A stretch of DNA of 63,251 nt, filler included, from Asterionella formosa (GCA_002256025.1; 11 parts of 11 records of this genome joined end to end with filler, not necessarily neighbours in it); one strand, 5' to 3'; shown: positions 49,156 to 62,150, numbered from the whole stretch's first letter. A program made the numbers and translations. Notes: generated by a model from the sequence alone, not told the origin.

Positions 49156-50616
49156 GTGAATGATAGAAGAAATAAATCTGGGAGAGAGCGGCAGCATGGT
49201 ATCCCCTTCAAGTCAGCACAGTCCATGGAATCTATGAGCTATTCCGATTTGAAGGCTGGAAGTACCAAGTCACGTCGCCAGGCATTGGTTAAAGAGCTTC
49301 GACTGTCGATTAAACATTACGGTCGATATGATATTCGGTGCGCTAACGTTACCGCAGCACTTGGAGAGATTTTCGATGAAATGCAAGAATTCAGCCAGGC
49401 CTTGAAGTTGCAGAGAGAAGTTGTATCTATCTACAGTACCAAACTTGGTGACCACCACGTCACAACTATCAGCTCCAAGGTACGACTGGGAAAGCTTCTA
49501 GAAAAAACTGGAGACATCGACACTGCAATTGAAACATACTACCATGTATTGAACATGCGTAGATCATTAGCAGGAGACAAGGACTCGTCTGTTCCCGATG
49601 CTTTAACCTACATTTCCAGGGCCTTAAAGAATAAAGGGCGCGCTGAACAAGCAATAAAGGAACTCAAGAGAGCACTGAAGATGTATCGAGAGTCGTTAGG
49701 TGACTGTCACCCTCGAGTGACGGCAACAGTAGATGAAATCTCAGCTTTGTACATAATCGTTGGAGATTTTGCAAAGGCCGCCGCCATTCTCGAGGAAGTT
49801 GTCAAATTGAAGGCTGCTACAATGGGCGTCAACAACACCCATGTAGCCCAGACATTGCTGCAGCTAGCAACAGCTTACGAATGTAAAGGGGACTACCTCC
49901 AGGGTTTGAAATCCTTGAAAAAGGCTTACGCTGTCTTTGCTAGTGTCAAGGGTGATACCAGCGAAGAAACTACGAACGCCTTGAAACGAATCGCAATAAA
50001 CTTCAAGATCAGTGGTGACACAGAGAGATCTGTTGCTGCTTATCTTGGCGTTCTCAAAGGAAGAAAACATTCTTTGGGCGGCAATAACCCTCTTGTGGCC
50101 AAAACATATTTAGACCTTGGCATGGCCTTACGAGATCATTCTCAACCCGAAAAGGCAATGAAGTGCCTAAGGCAGGCTCTCGCCATATATGTCGGTGAAG
50201 GTAAGGAGGTGCATGACGTTGGAATGATAGCCGAAGTGATGCATGAAATGGCTGTCACTCAGAAGTCGAAGGGTGAATTGACCGAAGCAAGCAGAATTTT
50301 CAAGCAGGAGCTCGCCATTCGTAAAAAGATGGGTGAAAGAGAGAAACCAAAGATTGCCAAGACTCTGCATCATATTGGAAACACAGAGCTTGAGCGTCGC
50401 AATCATACTCAAGCTCTAAACTTTTTCATGGAAGCCCTTTCTATCTACGAGAACGTCGAGGAAGAACTCTCTATCAACTTTGCCGAAACTCTCAGCAGCA
50501 CTGGTCTCGTCTTCGAAGCAACACGTCATTTTGATCGTGCTACAGAAGCATTCAAGGAGGCTCGCTCCATCTTCCAAAGTCATGGAATCGATACTACCAA
50601 TGCCACGGCGATCTTG
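49156..50616 (+). CDS. TPR-repeat protein (kinesin light chain/nephrocystin-3-like), partial
   Basis: Open frame across a small contig with repeated ~42-aa TPR units (LGDHHVTT, LGDCHPRV, MGVNNTHVA, LGGNNPLVA). Truncated by linkers. Confidence 0.85.
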
Positions 50617-50888
50617 NNNNNNNNNNNNNNNNNNNNNNNNNNNNNNNNNNNNNNNNNNNNTTAATTAATTAANNNNNNNNNNNNNNNNNNNNNNNNNNNN
50701 NNNNNNNNNNNNNNNNCCTTAGTTTCAAAACTAGGCGACATTGCATCTCGATCTTCTGGGAGTACATCCTAAGTATATAGTTCCAAAAACAAACTGGCAG
50801 CTCATACTTCCCTCCTTCACCTGCTGTTGGTGTCCCAGCCATCAGTCACACCTTCCTCTCCTTACCGCTGCTGCATACCGAAATACCG

Positions 50889-50948
50889 AGTACCTGGTAC
50901 CAGGTACCAGGTACCAGGTACCAGGTACCAATGGTACCAGGTACCAGG
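50889..50948. repeat. (GGTACCA)n tandem repeat
   Basis: Run of GGTACCA units. Similar runs at ~22181-22212 and ~45236-45262. Confidence 0.9.
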
Positions 50949-50977
50949 TGAAGTATCTAACTAGAAGTAGTAGTATT

Positions 50978-52196
50978 TGTTGAATATATGAGCTTATTAA
51001 TTAATCCTTATGTATAACTCATTTCCTGAACTGACATCAAAAGTATAGAATGGGTGTTAGTCGAGTTCTCTCATTATTGAATTCCGATATATTTGACATA
51101 ACCCCAACTCTATATATATCTGTATCGATGTGCAGGATTGCTCACTCTCCCACACTTGAGGGAAAACCTTTTACCTATGAAAAGGTTTGATACGACGAAT
51201 ATTAATTCGTTCGGTAATATGCATAGTGCGTTGAAAAGTAACTGTACCATTGGCATGTACTTGAATAATAGTATAAGGACCTCGTCCACGATCATCCAAA
51301 GTAGTAGGATTATCCAATAATATTAAAATCTCGTCACCCACTTTGTAATCATAAGATCGACGACGGAAATTTGCACGACGTAAACGTTCGTCAATTATCA
51401 CCTGTCGACGTTGATGTATTAATTGTAAATCTGTAATCAAAGGAATATTTAATATCATATCACGTTGGAAAACCCATGCTCCTGGTGAAATACGTAATAT
51501 ACTATGAATAGTAGCTCGAGCTGCATATGACGCAGCTGCAAAACATGTATCCACAATATTTTGGGCTTGAAATTCATTGATTGGAGGATGAGCCTTTAAC
51601 ATAACTCGTAGACTATTGCTGATAGATTGATGGAAACGTTCACAGATAGCATTTGCTTGTGGATTCTTTACTGTGGTAGTCACATCTTTGATTCCATTCA
51701 ATACTAACATGTGTAAGAAAGGAGCACCAGTAAATTCACCTCCATTGTCATGTATACAACGTTCTGGACGGGGATATCTGGCTAACCAATCATTTTCAAA
51801 TTTCATTGCAATATATTCTGATGTTTTATTGATGATACGTGAAATTTCTGCTAAATTGGTGACTGTGTCAATACAAGTTAGAGCACGAAATTCAATCGTT
51901 TGAGCAGCCACTGTTATCTTCCATGGACCAATTAGATCTACTGCGACTTCTGACCATGGTAATAATAATGCATTCCTGGGTGGAAGTTCACCAAAACCAG
52001 TACCAGGTAATTTTGTACGTTGACATGCTTCACATACTCTTACAATATGTTCCACTCTTGTTTTTAATATAGGGTGATAAAAATGTGTAGCAATTGTAGC
52101 ATTTAATCTTGTCATACCCACATGAGCTAACATCTGATGATACCAATTAATAATAGGATCCAATAATGATGTAGGAATAGCAATACGCCAAGTATC
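50978..52196 (-). mobile_element. Ty3/Gypsy retrotransposon 3' end: integrase, PPT and short LTR
   Basis: HHCC zinc motif (YHQMLAHVG...CEAC), DDE core (VDLIGP, IHDNGGEF, NAICER), GPY/F motif (GPYTI). Purine-rich tract, then TGAG (51144) ... CAACA (50978). Confidence 0.92.
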
Positions 52197-52520
52197 NNNN
52201 NNNNNNNNNNNNNNNNNNNNNNNNNNNNNNNNNNNNNNNNTTAATTAATTAANNNNNNNNNNNNNNNNNNNNNNNNNNNNNNNNNNNNNNNNNNNNGGTA
52301 CCAGGTACCAAGTAGTTCAATGACAAGACAGCAACATCGCTCAAATTGCGGGAAAAACTAACTAATTCCCAAATGGGAATCATAATATTTCATTTATATA
52401 ACTAGTCTAATAGAAATATTTTACTTTTTTTATAATGGTTTTGTCATCCTACGTCACAGTAGATGGGTGGTTGACAGCATTTAGGATTTCCCAAAAACCG
52501 ATAGCATCGTTTTTTCGTCA

Positions 52521-52680
52521 GTTGACCAAAACCAAAACCAATCCAAAAAAAAGTTTTTGGGTTTTGGTTTGGGTCAACGGTTAGCAACGGCCTTAGGCAT
52601 GGTAAAAAACCGAAGTTCCTTTCTGCAGTTTCTGACCAGATCCTATATACTGACGATATATTGAGTGAACATACACCCCT
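52521..52680 (+). repeat. Dispersed repeat with hairpin, related to the window start
   Basis: AAAAAACCGAAGTTCCTTTCTGCAGTTTCT...CCAGATCCTATAT..TGACGATATA is shared with ~50-135. Inverted repeat at 52521-52578. Confidence 0.75.
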
Positions 52681-53277
52681 AAAATATATATATATGTTGA
52701 ATTGGGTTCGAATAGTTTAATTAAATGCTAAAAATTTATTTACAGAAACAGTCTATATGTTCACGTCTATGTAACTAATAACGAATGCATTTTTCGAGTA
52801 AGCCTATCCTAACGTAGAATGATCGTATGTTAGCAACGTAATCATTCATAAGCGAACAGCAAAGACGCAAGTGGTGCCGGCGATTTGATGCAATTATTTT
52901 CAACCAAAGGGAGGAGTAAGTAGAACGGCAATGATGACTAAATATTTGCTGCTCCTGGCTGCTATCATTTTCTTTTTTCACGCACTGCAGGAATAATTCT
53001 TAAACGCTATTCATGGTCTAATATTTTATCAACAACACTATATCCGTCGTGACGCGGGTAAATAAATCCCTGTAAAGAACATATTTTCATTTATTCTACA
53101 TATGCGAATATGACAATGAATGCCATATTGTTTTCCGGACTCACATGGCATGTGCTATGATAAGAATAGTGTATCACTACTACCGGTATCATCCTCAAAT
53201 CATTAACAACACCATAAAAAGAATACAAAACTTCCACAAAGTTGATTTCATTGCTACTTCTTTCAGTCGATATCAAC

Positions 53278-53776
53278 ATGAAGCTTGTGGGGATGTTTCT
53301 TTTCGTTCTCGTTGCTGCAACTGTTGTCGTTGATGTGTCGGCTTCGAAGGCCTCAGCGAAGTGTGAGAAAAAGCCTGGATTCTATTATGGGCCCGACAGC
53401 AAAGGCAAAATGAAATGTATCAAGGCATGCGATGCAGTGAAGAATGAGGTAGTTTTGTTTGGACAAACATTTCCTTGCAATTCTACTACATCGTTGGTTT
53501 TATTCAATGCTGCATCAGGAGTCATTCCACAATCCATTATTGGACTCACAAAGTTGACTACCTTGGACCTCTACAACAATAAAATCACGGGGACAATTCC
53601 AAGTGCTTTGGGTCGATTGACGAAGTTAAATTATTTGGACCTCAGCAAGAATGAGCTCACGGGGAAGATTCCCAGTGCCTTGGGTCGATTGACAAAGTTG
53701 AGTTTTTTGCACCTCGGTTCCAATGCACTTAATGGGATCATTCCCAGTGCATTGGGTGGATTGACTTTGATAGATT
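53278..53776 (+). CDS. Secreted or membrane LRR protein, partial
   Basis: Signal peptide MKLVGMFLFVLVAATVVV. 24-aa plant-type LRRs (LxxLDLxxNxxTGxIPSALGRL). Truncated by a linker. Confidence 0.88.
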
Positions 53777-53876
53777 NNNNNNNNNNNNNNNNNNNNNNNN
53801 NNNNNNNNNNNNNNNNNNNNTTAATTAATTAANNNNNNNNNNNNNNNNNNNNNNNNNNNNNNNNNNNNNNNNNNNN

Positions 53877-54227
53877 TGAAACAGTTAAAACTTCACATGA
53901 AACCGTTAAAACTTCACATGAAACCGTTAAAAGTAACCTTTTTTACGTGAAGAGTGGCATTAATGCATGTGAAGTACCACATAATTAACACTCGTACGTA
54001 GACAAAATTTCGAAAAGTCAAATGAATTATTTGAAACATCAACTAATTCAGTCTCGCGTTCAAAATTCATTCTGAAAACTTCACATGAAACAGTTAAAAC
54101 TTCACATGAAACCGTTAAAAGTAATCTTTTTTACGTGAAGAGTGGCATTAATGCATGTGAAGTACCACATAATTAACACTCATACGTAGACGAAATTTCG
54201 AAAAGTGGCGTATTTCGCGTCTTAGAT
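53877..54227. repeat. Putative DNA-transposon terminus with tandem subterminal repeats
   Basis: 21-bp units (TGAAACMGTTAAAACTTCACA) and a duplicated longer block. Ends GCGTCTTAGATG, as does 56485-56519. Confidence 0.55.
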
Positions 54228-55456
54228 GGAGAGGCATAAAATGTTTATGATATAATTTTGATCAAAATATGATTATGTTAAAATAATACAATGACAATAA
54301 AATGCGATAAAATATGTACGCAAGTGTTACCAAGACATCATAGAATATAAATCAAGCAATCATAAAGTATGTTAATTAATAAATATGTTTGTCGTTTAAT
54401 ATATACAGTTAAAGTCAACAGTTAATATGATAGTATTATACAGTGGATAGGATCTAAGTATATGGATGCGTTGATATGTACATCACTATAATATGATTTG
54501 TGATATGGATTGGTGCATAGCTATCACATACCGGTATCCTCAACAACCAGCCATCACGTTCATTGTCGTGTCGTCTTTCCTTGTTTTAGCTATATATGTG
54601 CCAGCATGTGTATTGTGTAAACACTACGCTGGCGGAACATGCATATTACACTGTGCTCTGTTCAACAATTACTACACTCGGTTACCATCACACCAGTTGC
54701 ACCTCCACAAGCGCCGCGAAAAGCTCCGCGTTTCCCTTCCACTGGGTGGTGTGTTTTACATCATTGTCTTCTGGCCCTTCGACAACTTTCCAAATGGCAT
54801 TTCACGGATTTCATGGAAAGGATCAGTCAAACAAGAAACGAGACTTACTTCCATTGTTTACACTACACGACTTTATGTTTTTCGGAAGAGAAGATGAAGA
54901 AACTTATGAAATCAATCGAAGATTCCTTTGAATGCACTCAAAGATCAAATGAATTTGAACAGATTCATAATACTCCAGAAATAATAATAATGAAGCAAGT
55001 ATACCGATACAATAGTGGTTGAGATTGAAGAGAAGGAAAGATTGGCTTGCTTTCGAAGAGGAAACCCAAACAGTTGGTCTTTGTGGATGAAGACTCTATT
55101 CGTACAGAGTCATAGTTCCACCATCCAGTGTCGTATTTTGCTCCTCATTCTCCCGAAATCGCTGATAATCAAGAAGAACTCAGTGATTCTCATTCATTTG
55201 ATGAACAAATGCATGCGATGAATGAAATTATCGGCGGAAACGTGGCTGACAACACTTCAGAAGTAGAAATGGTTGAAAAGTTGCAAAACCAAGAAACATA
55301 CTTCCATGCCTATCTCGGTTTATATACTCCTTGTGGCTAGAGTTCATTGTGTGCGANNNNNNNNNNNNNNNNNNNNNNNNNNNNNNNNNNNNNNNNNNNN
55401 TTAATTAATTAANNNNNNNNNNNNNNNNNNNNNNNNNNNNNNNNNNNNNNNNNNNN

Positions 55457-55970
55457 CCTTTCCTTCTATTTCTATATTGTACTTGCTCGACTTATTGCTG
55501 TAGACTATTTGTAGCTGCTCCGAAACGGAGAAGGCCATTGCGGCACATCTCAATTTTGACTCACTACGGCGACATGCAAGGTTAAAATATGCAACAGCTG
55601 TTTCTGAACGAAATAACGGATTCAATTCCTTATTGTCAGCTACTCAGCATCCTTTCCTTCTTTTTCTATATTGTACTTGCTAGAGTTATCGCTGTAGACT
55701 ATTTGTAGCTGCTCCGAAACGGAGAAGGCCATTGCGGCACATCTCAATTTTGACTCACTACGGCGACATCCAAGGTTGAAATATGCAACAGCTGTTTCTT
55801 AACGAAATAACGGATTCAATTCCTTATTGTGAGCTACTCAGCATCCTTTCCTTCTTTTTCTATATTGTACTTGCTCGACTTATTGCTGCAGACTATTTGT
55901 AGCTGCTCCGAAACGGAGAAGGCCATTGCGGCGCATCTCAATTTTGACTCACTAGCTACGGCGACATGCA
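55457..55970. repeat. Tandem repeat, ~194-bp unit, ~2.6 copies
   Basis: Units begin CCTTTCCTTCT at ~55457, ~55650 and ~55844 and are near-identical. Confidence 0.9.
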
Positions 55971-56387
55971 ATGCTAAACGATGCTCAACGAGGACCAACA
56001 GTGCTTTATTTCCAATCTGGCAGGCTATTGTAATCTCTACAATCAACAATGACTTAATTATGTGTCTACAACATCAACTACTACTACTACGTGTGCTGAA
56101 TTCTACAGTGTGAATCTTCCTCTTGCATGTGTTTTTCTTTGCCAGTTCAGATCAAAGTGATATGTCGGAGCGGAAAAAATAATAAGTGTATCGGAATTGG
56201 CGACTCTTTCGTTCATTATATGGTGAAAGCAGCATAATATTGCGGCAGAGCAGCATAATTTCGCTTTTAAACTGTTGCGATGGCTAGTTGGTCAACATAT
56301 ATTGTCACGAACACACATAATTATTGGTGTGATCACATAATTATTCGATAAGTGAAATAAATTTTTGTTTAACCCGAATAAATTAGG

Positions 56388-56519
56388 GAAAAAGTAGCAT
56401 AATATTTCAAAAAAGTAACATAATATTTTAGAAAAGTAACATAATATTTTAAAAAAGTAGCATAAATACGTCACTTTACACATAAATTCGAAAAAGTGCC
56501 GTAAACGGCGTCTTAGATG
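56388..56519. repeat. Putative DNA-transposon terminus with 21-bp subterminal repeats
   Basis: About four AAAAGTARCATAATATTT units, followed by AAATTCGAAAAAGTGCCGTA...GCGTCTTAGATG. Confidence 0.55.
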
Positions 56520-57690
56520 TAGTTCCAGCCAGCTGGAGGCTCACTTGTCCCCAATGGACGTTGTGGCAAACGTAGAAAGCATCAATCTCGCTTAGTGCCA
56601 GCGTCCAGTCAACAAACGGCGTCGCAATCGATTTCTTTCACTTCTCTTTTCTGAGTCTCGTGGGTCTGATAAACTGTCAGGATCTTGCTAATGTGGTGAA
56701 TAATGGAAACGGTTACAAACGGAGTAAGGATATGAAGAGAAAGATGGAAGGTATAAAGAAAGATGTAAAAACTATAAAGTTGTTACAAAAAGTAAAACAA
56801 AATAAAGTCGAGGGCACAAGAGAATCAGAATTTAGGTGACCCGTCAGAATTTCCGTCTGTCCGTCTCCAAATATTTATATATCTGTATATGAAGAGATTA
56901 ATATAGCTGTATATGAAGAGATAAATATAGCTGTGTNNNNNNNNNNNNNNNNNNNNNNNNNNNNNNNNNNNNNNNNNNNNTTAATTAATTAANNNNNNNN
57001 NNNNNNNNNNNNNNNNNNNNNNNNNNNNNNNNNNNNAGTACCTACTAGGAATTTGCATAAAATGATAATTTTGCTCGCTTGCTTATCATCATAACTGGTA
57101 ACCCTTGGTACCTGCAAGTTGCGGTCATTTTGCTTAAACTAACATTTTAATCTGGGATAAAGACAGCTAAATCCTTAGTTTCAGCTAAAATACCTCAGCT
57201 TGCTGGTACCAGACCTCGAGTAGCAGTATTCATAAGGTACCTGGTACCATACCGGTACCAGCACCTGATACCATAGACCGTACAGTACTGGTATTGCCAG
57301 GAACGGAGCACCAGCACAGTACCTGGTACCAATACTCCCCAGGGTGCAAGCACCATGCTGAAAGTTCTACAGAAACGCAAATGAATCCACCCGTTTGTCA
57401 AGGATTTCACGACATCAAAGGTTCTACGTACGCCCCAGACTGTTCTACCGGTGTACCGGTAACTACCGGTATTATGGGGATACAAGATACACCAATTTAT
57501 AAGCAAACCGGCAATAGCTACTGCAAACGGTAGCCAGGGTACCCGGCAGGGAGTGTCTGGCAAACTCATATGAACTACCGTACCGTTATGTATTTGTGGA
57601 GTACCGGTATGATATTTAATCTTATTTTCGTCGTCCCATCACTGAGGCGGAGTACTCCGAGTACCATATATAGACATACCGGTATAATAA

Positions 57691-58293
57691 ATGCCGCTCG
57701 TCAAGATCTTTGCCAAAATAGGAATGGCAAAAGCCATTCCATTGTCGGCCTTGCAAGCAAAGTTGTGTAATATTTGGGCTGTTAAACCAAATGTTACCAA
57801 AGTCATGCTGTTTCGATGTGACGATTGGACCGATGATAGTTTTCAAGAGGACTGTTATGGTACGTGCTATCAATGAAAATATATATTTTTCTATCAACAA
57901 GGGATATACGGTAGTTTATTGAGGTGCTACGATGGAATTATACCGGTCGGCTCTTGGACGCCTACATGATAACCTTGTATTATTCGTACGTTGTACCATA
58001 CCGGTATATACTTCATGACAGCATGGAATCACTGACTCTAATGCCAAATATTTCTTCCTCGTTTCTTGCCATGGGTATTAATTATTCCAAAATGTTGTTG
58101 TTTACATAAATCATACAAAACAGTCGATATTAGAGCAAAGGGCACAGACCAACGAACACGTGAAGTGGTCCTGGAGAGTATGAAACAAGTTCAGATCGCC
58201 TTTAAGGAACATGGATTGATTGCCAATGTTAGATTGGAAACATATGACGAATCCCGTTATTTTCATCTACCCCCATTATCCACCAACGTATGA
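57691..58293 (+). CDS. Tautomerase/MIF-superfamily-like small protein (112 aa)
   Basis: Exons 57691-57859 and 58124-58293 (GTACG...ACAG). Protein starts MPLVKIF (Pro-1 after Met removal) and shows a two-unit beta-alpha-beta pattern. Confidence 0.65.
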
Positions 58294-58615
58294 GCTACAA
58301 TAACTAAAACTACATGTTTATAAATAAATATTTATAAATGAACTATCCAGCATCCAATTCGCTTTTCCTATATTATTTGTCATACTAATGACACTACTGG
58401 TACCATACTATAACAGCTCCAAAGTTACCATGAATTCCATTCCCACCTTGGTAGATTGATCGATAATCTTGTATTGAGAATCTTTCAAAAATTCTTGCAA
58501 ATCCTTTGGGTCGATNNNNNNNNNNNNNNNNNNNNNNNNNNNNNNNNNNNNNNNNNNNNTTAATTAATTAANNNNNNNNNNNNNNNNNNNNNNNNNNNNN
58601 NNNNNNNNNNNNNNN

Positions 58616-60093
58616 TTGTTCCTTTCCTTCTTGTTTCCTGATGTTCCCTTCTGAGCGCAACACCAGAACCGTAAGTCTTACCTGATTTGTTGTCTTGCCT
58701 TTCCTGTTTGACTGTTTCGAATTGTGCTGCATGTATTTTTTCGCTTCGTTTCCTCTTTCGTTTGAACTGTGCTTTATAGGCTCCATCGTCACTTCGTCGC
58801 TTTTCTTTTTGTCTCCAAAAGGATTCTTGCAGTGCTGACATCTGCATTCCACATCTTGTATACATTCCTTGTGTATTGTGTTGCTCCTTGTGTGTGTTGC
58901 CCAGCAACCGAAACCACTCGATATTGAAGGCCTCCAGATCCCGCAAACATCTTGTTTTTTGGACATCGTCGTGACACTGCATTGTTCATTGCCTCATTAA
59001 TCTGCATGTCAAAGGGATGATGCAATGATAGTAGCTTTTCGCCTTCGACTTTCGTTGCAACATGCAGCATTAACCATTCGTATAAATCTTTTTCTTTTCC
59101 TTGTCATGATATTTTCCGTTACTAACCATTTTTCCTGCTTTTACAGGGCACCATGTCTCAGAGCAGTAATCGTGGCAGCCAAATAAATGGTTGATTGGTG
59201 CCTTGGAGGAAATACTGAATTCGGCCAGAGAGAGGTTCCGGTTTTTTTTGTCCAAGCGCCATAGTAAACTTTCAACCGGAGACAATCTGCTTTTGAGGGA
59301 CACTCGAGGGAGACCGGGCCATCGGATTTCAAAAAAGCTGGGCAGAGAAGGACCCGTACTCTGTGGGATGGGTCAGACAGAAATGTAGGTTTGGGTACAG
59401 TCAGTGGAAGGCATCTTTGTCCGATTTTTTTAATCCTTTCAATGTTCTTGGACATTGGAAGGATGGCTGTAGTTTCAATAAATCGTTATAGGACCACTTA
59501 GAAACAGCTTGAATAGTAGAATCATCAACACAGATGATTGTAGAGTAGATAACATTGTTTTTCATTACTGCATCAATCATCATTTCCACACCAGCATCTG
59601 GTTCCATTGCTTTCGAACTACCAGTTACATGATTCTTGGGACAAAAATGTTCCTTGATTGGTTTCTTGTACCATATTGCCCTGTCGCACACATTACAGAC
59701 CTTAGATTTCACTCTGTAGTCTAGGATCTTTCTCGTGTAGCCGCCAATACAAAAAGCATGTCCACTTACAGAGTTGTACTTATTATCGCTGGACTGCTGC
59801 TGCCAGCCCATATTGTTACTAACAGTGAGTCGAGGCATATTCAGTACAGACAAGTGATCCGTACCAGTTAGACTGTTCCACCACTGAAAATCACGTCCTT
59901 TGTCAGCCCAGTCTCCTTGTTCATGCACATTGAGTGTCAGATATATTTCCTCCTGACACGCCTCTTTCATTGCAAGAGCGGTTGCAGTAACTTCAGCGTT
60001 TCCTACCAGTTCCTCTACTGCACCAAAGTTACCTTGCGTAGACCAAAATCCAAAGTTAAGTGGAAGATTCATTGCGGAGCAGATGATATCTGC
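58616..60093 (-). mobile_element. Degraded Kolobok/Mutator-like transposase
   Basis: LTVSNNMGWQ...YNSVSGHAFCIG...KILDY...KVCNVC...CPKNH..GSSKAME...DDST, SDPSHR, HLFGCHDYCSETWC; frameshifted. Confidence 0.8.
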
Positions 60094-60193
60094 NNNNNNN
60101 NNNNNNNNNNNNNNNNNNNNNNNNNNNNNNNNNNNNNTTAATTAATTAANNNNNNNNNNNNNNNNNNNNNNNNNNNNNNNNNNNNNNNNNNNN

Positions 60194-60702
60194 GCATCTT
60201 TATCGAAAAGGCGTGCAAAAGATTTCGCTGAAACCGCCCCATTCTCTATCACGATATCTGCTTGGGCTGGGGTGAGTCCAAAGGTGATCAATTTCTCTCG
60301 AAATTGCGGCTCTGCCAACACACCATTAAACTCAATGAACACTTGCGCCATGGCAAGTTGATCGCCAACTGAAATGCCCGATGGATCGTCATCATCATCG
60401 TCGCTTTCGTTGCCTCCACTATCGCCTGAGCTATCGCTGGGGTTGTCTGCCGGTCCAGAGGAACTGTCACTCTGACTCCGATCACTTGCCTGCAGGTCTG
60501 GTGCGGGGATTCGGACCTCCTGAATCACTTCAGGCCGCATTCCCACAACTCCTTCCGCCTCAACGATGTCATCTGGCGGCTCCAGAAGCTCATCTTCTCC
60601 CTGGGCTGCTCGAATTTGCGCTCTTGTTGCTCGTTGAGCTGCAATGACACGCTTCGAGACCCTACCACCCTGTCGAACCCTCTGCTTGGTTCTTGGTGAC
60701 AT
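60194..60702 (-). CDS. Partial ORF, possibly the N-terminus of an LTR-retrotransposon Gag
   Basis: Open frame from MSPRTKQR into the linker: basic, then acidic, then a helical segment. Upstream CCAACA-AGTTATG on the - strand resembles an LTR end. Weak. Confidence 0.35.
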
Positions 60703-61773
60703 GATGATAATGACCCCAACACTGAACAACGATGCGCAAAAGCGGACTCCCAGAACGCCGAAACAAACGTTGCTCGCTGGCCAGCAGTTTTCCCTTCGAA
60801 TATTGCAACAATCAACCGATGAAGGCTACTGAAGAGGCTACGTGGGTCTGATAAACCGACTAATTCTCCTATCAAACAGGCGATGGGGAGAATACTGAAC
60901 CTAATGTTGCAATTAGCGCTATCGAAGGGTACCACATAAAAGAAGTAATCACAAAGCAATATCCAACATAACTTGTTGGATGGGAAAAACTCGACATATT
61001 CCAGACAAGGATTACCCACTCAAGGATGACCAAAATACACGCTGGTCCTACAGGCCGCTAGTACCAGGCGCCTGCATGTCACAAGACAGACCTCGCAGGA
61101 ATACACCTAACGGTTTCCCCGTTGAGCATACGCCTGAGACACCCTGACGTATACCCAGAATTTACCAGTAGTTCGGGCGCAGCAAATGTAGAACTGGATG
61201 AACCAGCAGGAACTCCGCCGAAAGAAGAATGCGCACAGGGAACTGACTGAAAGTTTTGACTCCGTGTCCACCGAAGAAGACTGGCGGGCTCTTGCCAAGT
61301 TTGGAGTTCAGAGGAATCAGGTATGGTCATTAAAGATTGACTTAGAATTATTTAATTTTTGATCAGTTGTTATGCAATATCTAACTCGAGGTCTCTCGCA
61401 AAACTACAGGATTTCGATTTTGAGAAAGCATTTGGTGCTGTTGTCCCGGATAGCAAACTATTTAGCTCGTCTCCCGCATTGGTCAGATCCGAATTCACGA
61501 ATTCAATCTAAAGAATGAGTTCATGGGATACGCTGATTTTCGGGCGGCCTTACTTCGGAAACTCCAGGTGATTTCACTGTTGTTCCTTCGGAAGGATCAT
61601 TGAGCAGCAAGGAAGGAATTGACTTCGTGGTCAAGTTCAAGCCCACTAATCCTGGGGCAGTGGACGGCTATCNNNNNNNNNNNNNNNNNNNNNNNNNNNN
61701 NNNNNNNNNNNNNNNNTTAATTAATTAANNNNNNNNNNNNNNNNNNNNNNNNNNNNNNNNNNNNNNNNNNNNG

Positions 61774-62150
61774 ATGGTTCCTCCACCTGAAATGAAAATA
61801 CCTCCAACTGCTGACACACTCGACATTGACGAGATGGATCCATCCGAAAATGTCATACCTGCAACTACTACTGGTACACTTCTTGACATTAACGAGATTC
61901 TTGGTCCCCCTGAAAAGAGGAAACCCTTTCCCGGTTGGCTAGCCAATATTGATGAGTTCGTCAACTCGCTCATAGTACCAGATGACTTTATTCTGGATGA
62001 AAGTGGGCTGGGATTGATTCATATAAAAGGAATCGACATAAAACATATATCTGTCAAGGTACTTCGAAAAATTTGCGTGAGATTTAAAGTGTCAGGGTAC
62101 AGGAATGGCAAGAAGGACTCCACTATTTCCTTAATTGTCCGTTTACTGAA
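61774..62150 (+). pseudogene. Truncated accessory ORF of a Harbinger element
   Basis: Convergent to the transposase. IDIKHISVKVLRKICVRFKVSGYRNGKKD is a helix-loop-helix (SAP-like) pattern. The frame then runs into antisense transposase sequence. Confidence 0.5.

Noticed and set aside
53877..56470. CRISPR array
   Set aside because: The repeats are tandem without unique spacers, there are no cas genes, and the context is eukaryotic.
24543..61728. TTAATTAATTAA as a biological motif
   Set aside because: Always centred in N runs of about the same length; it is an assembly linker.
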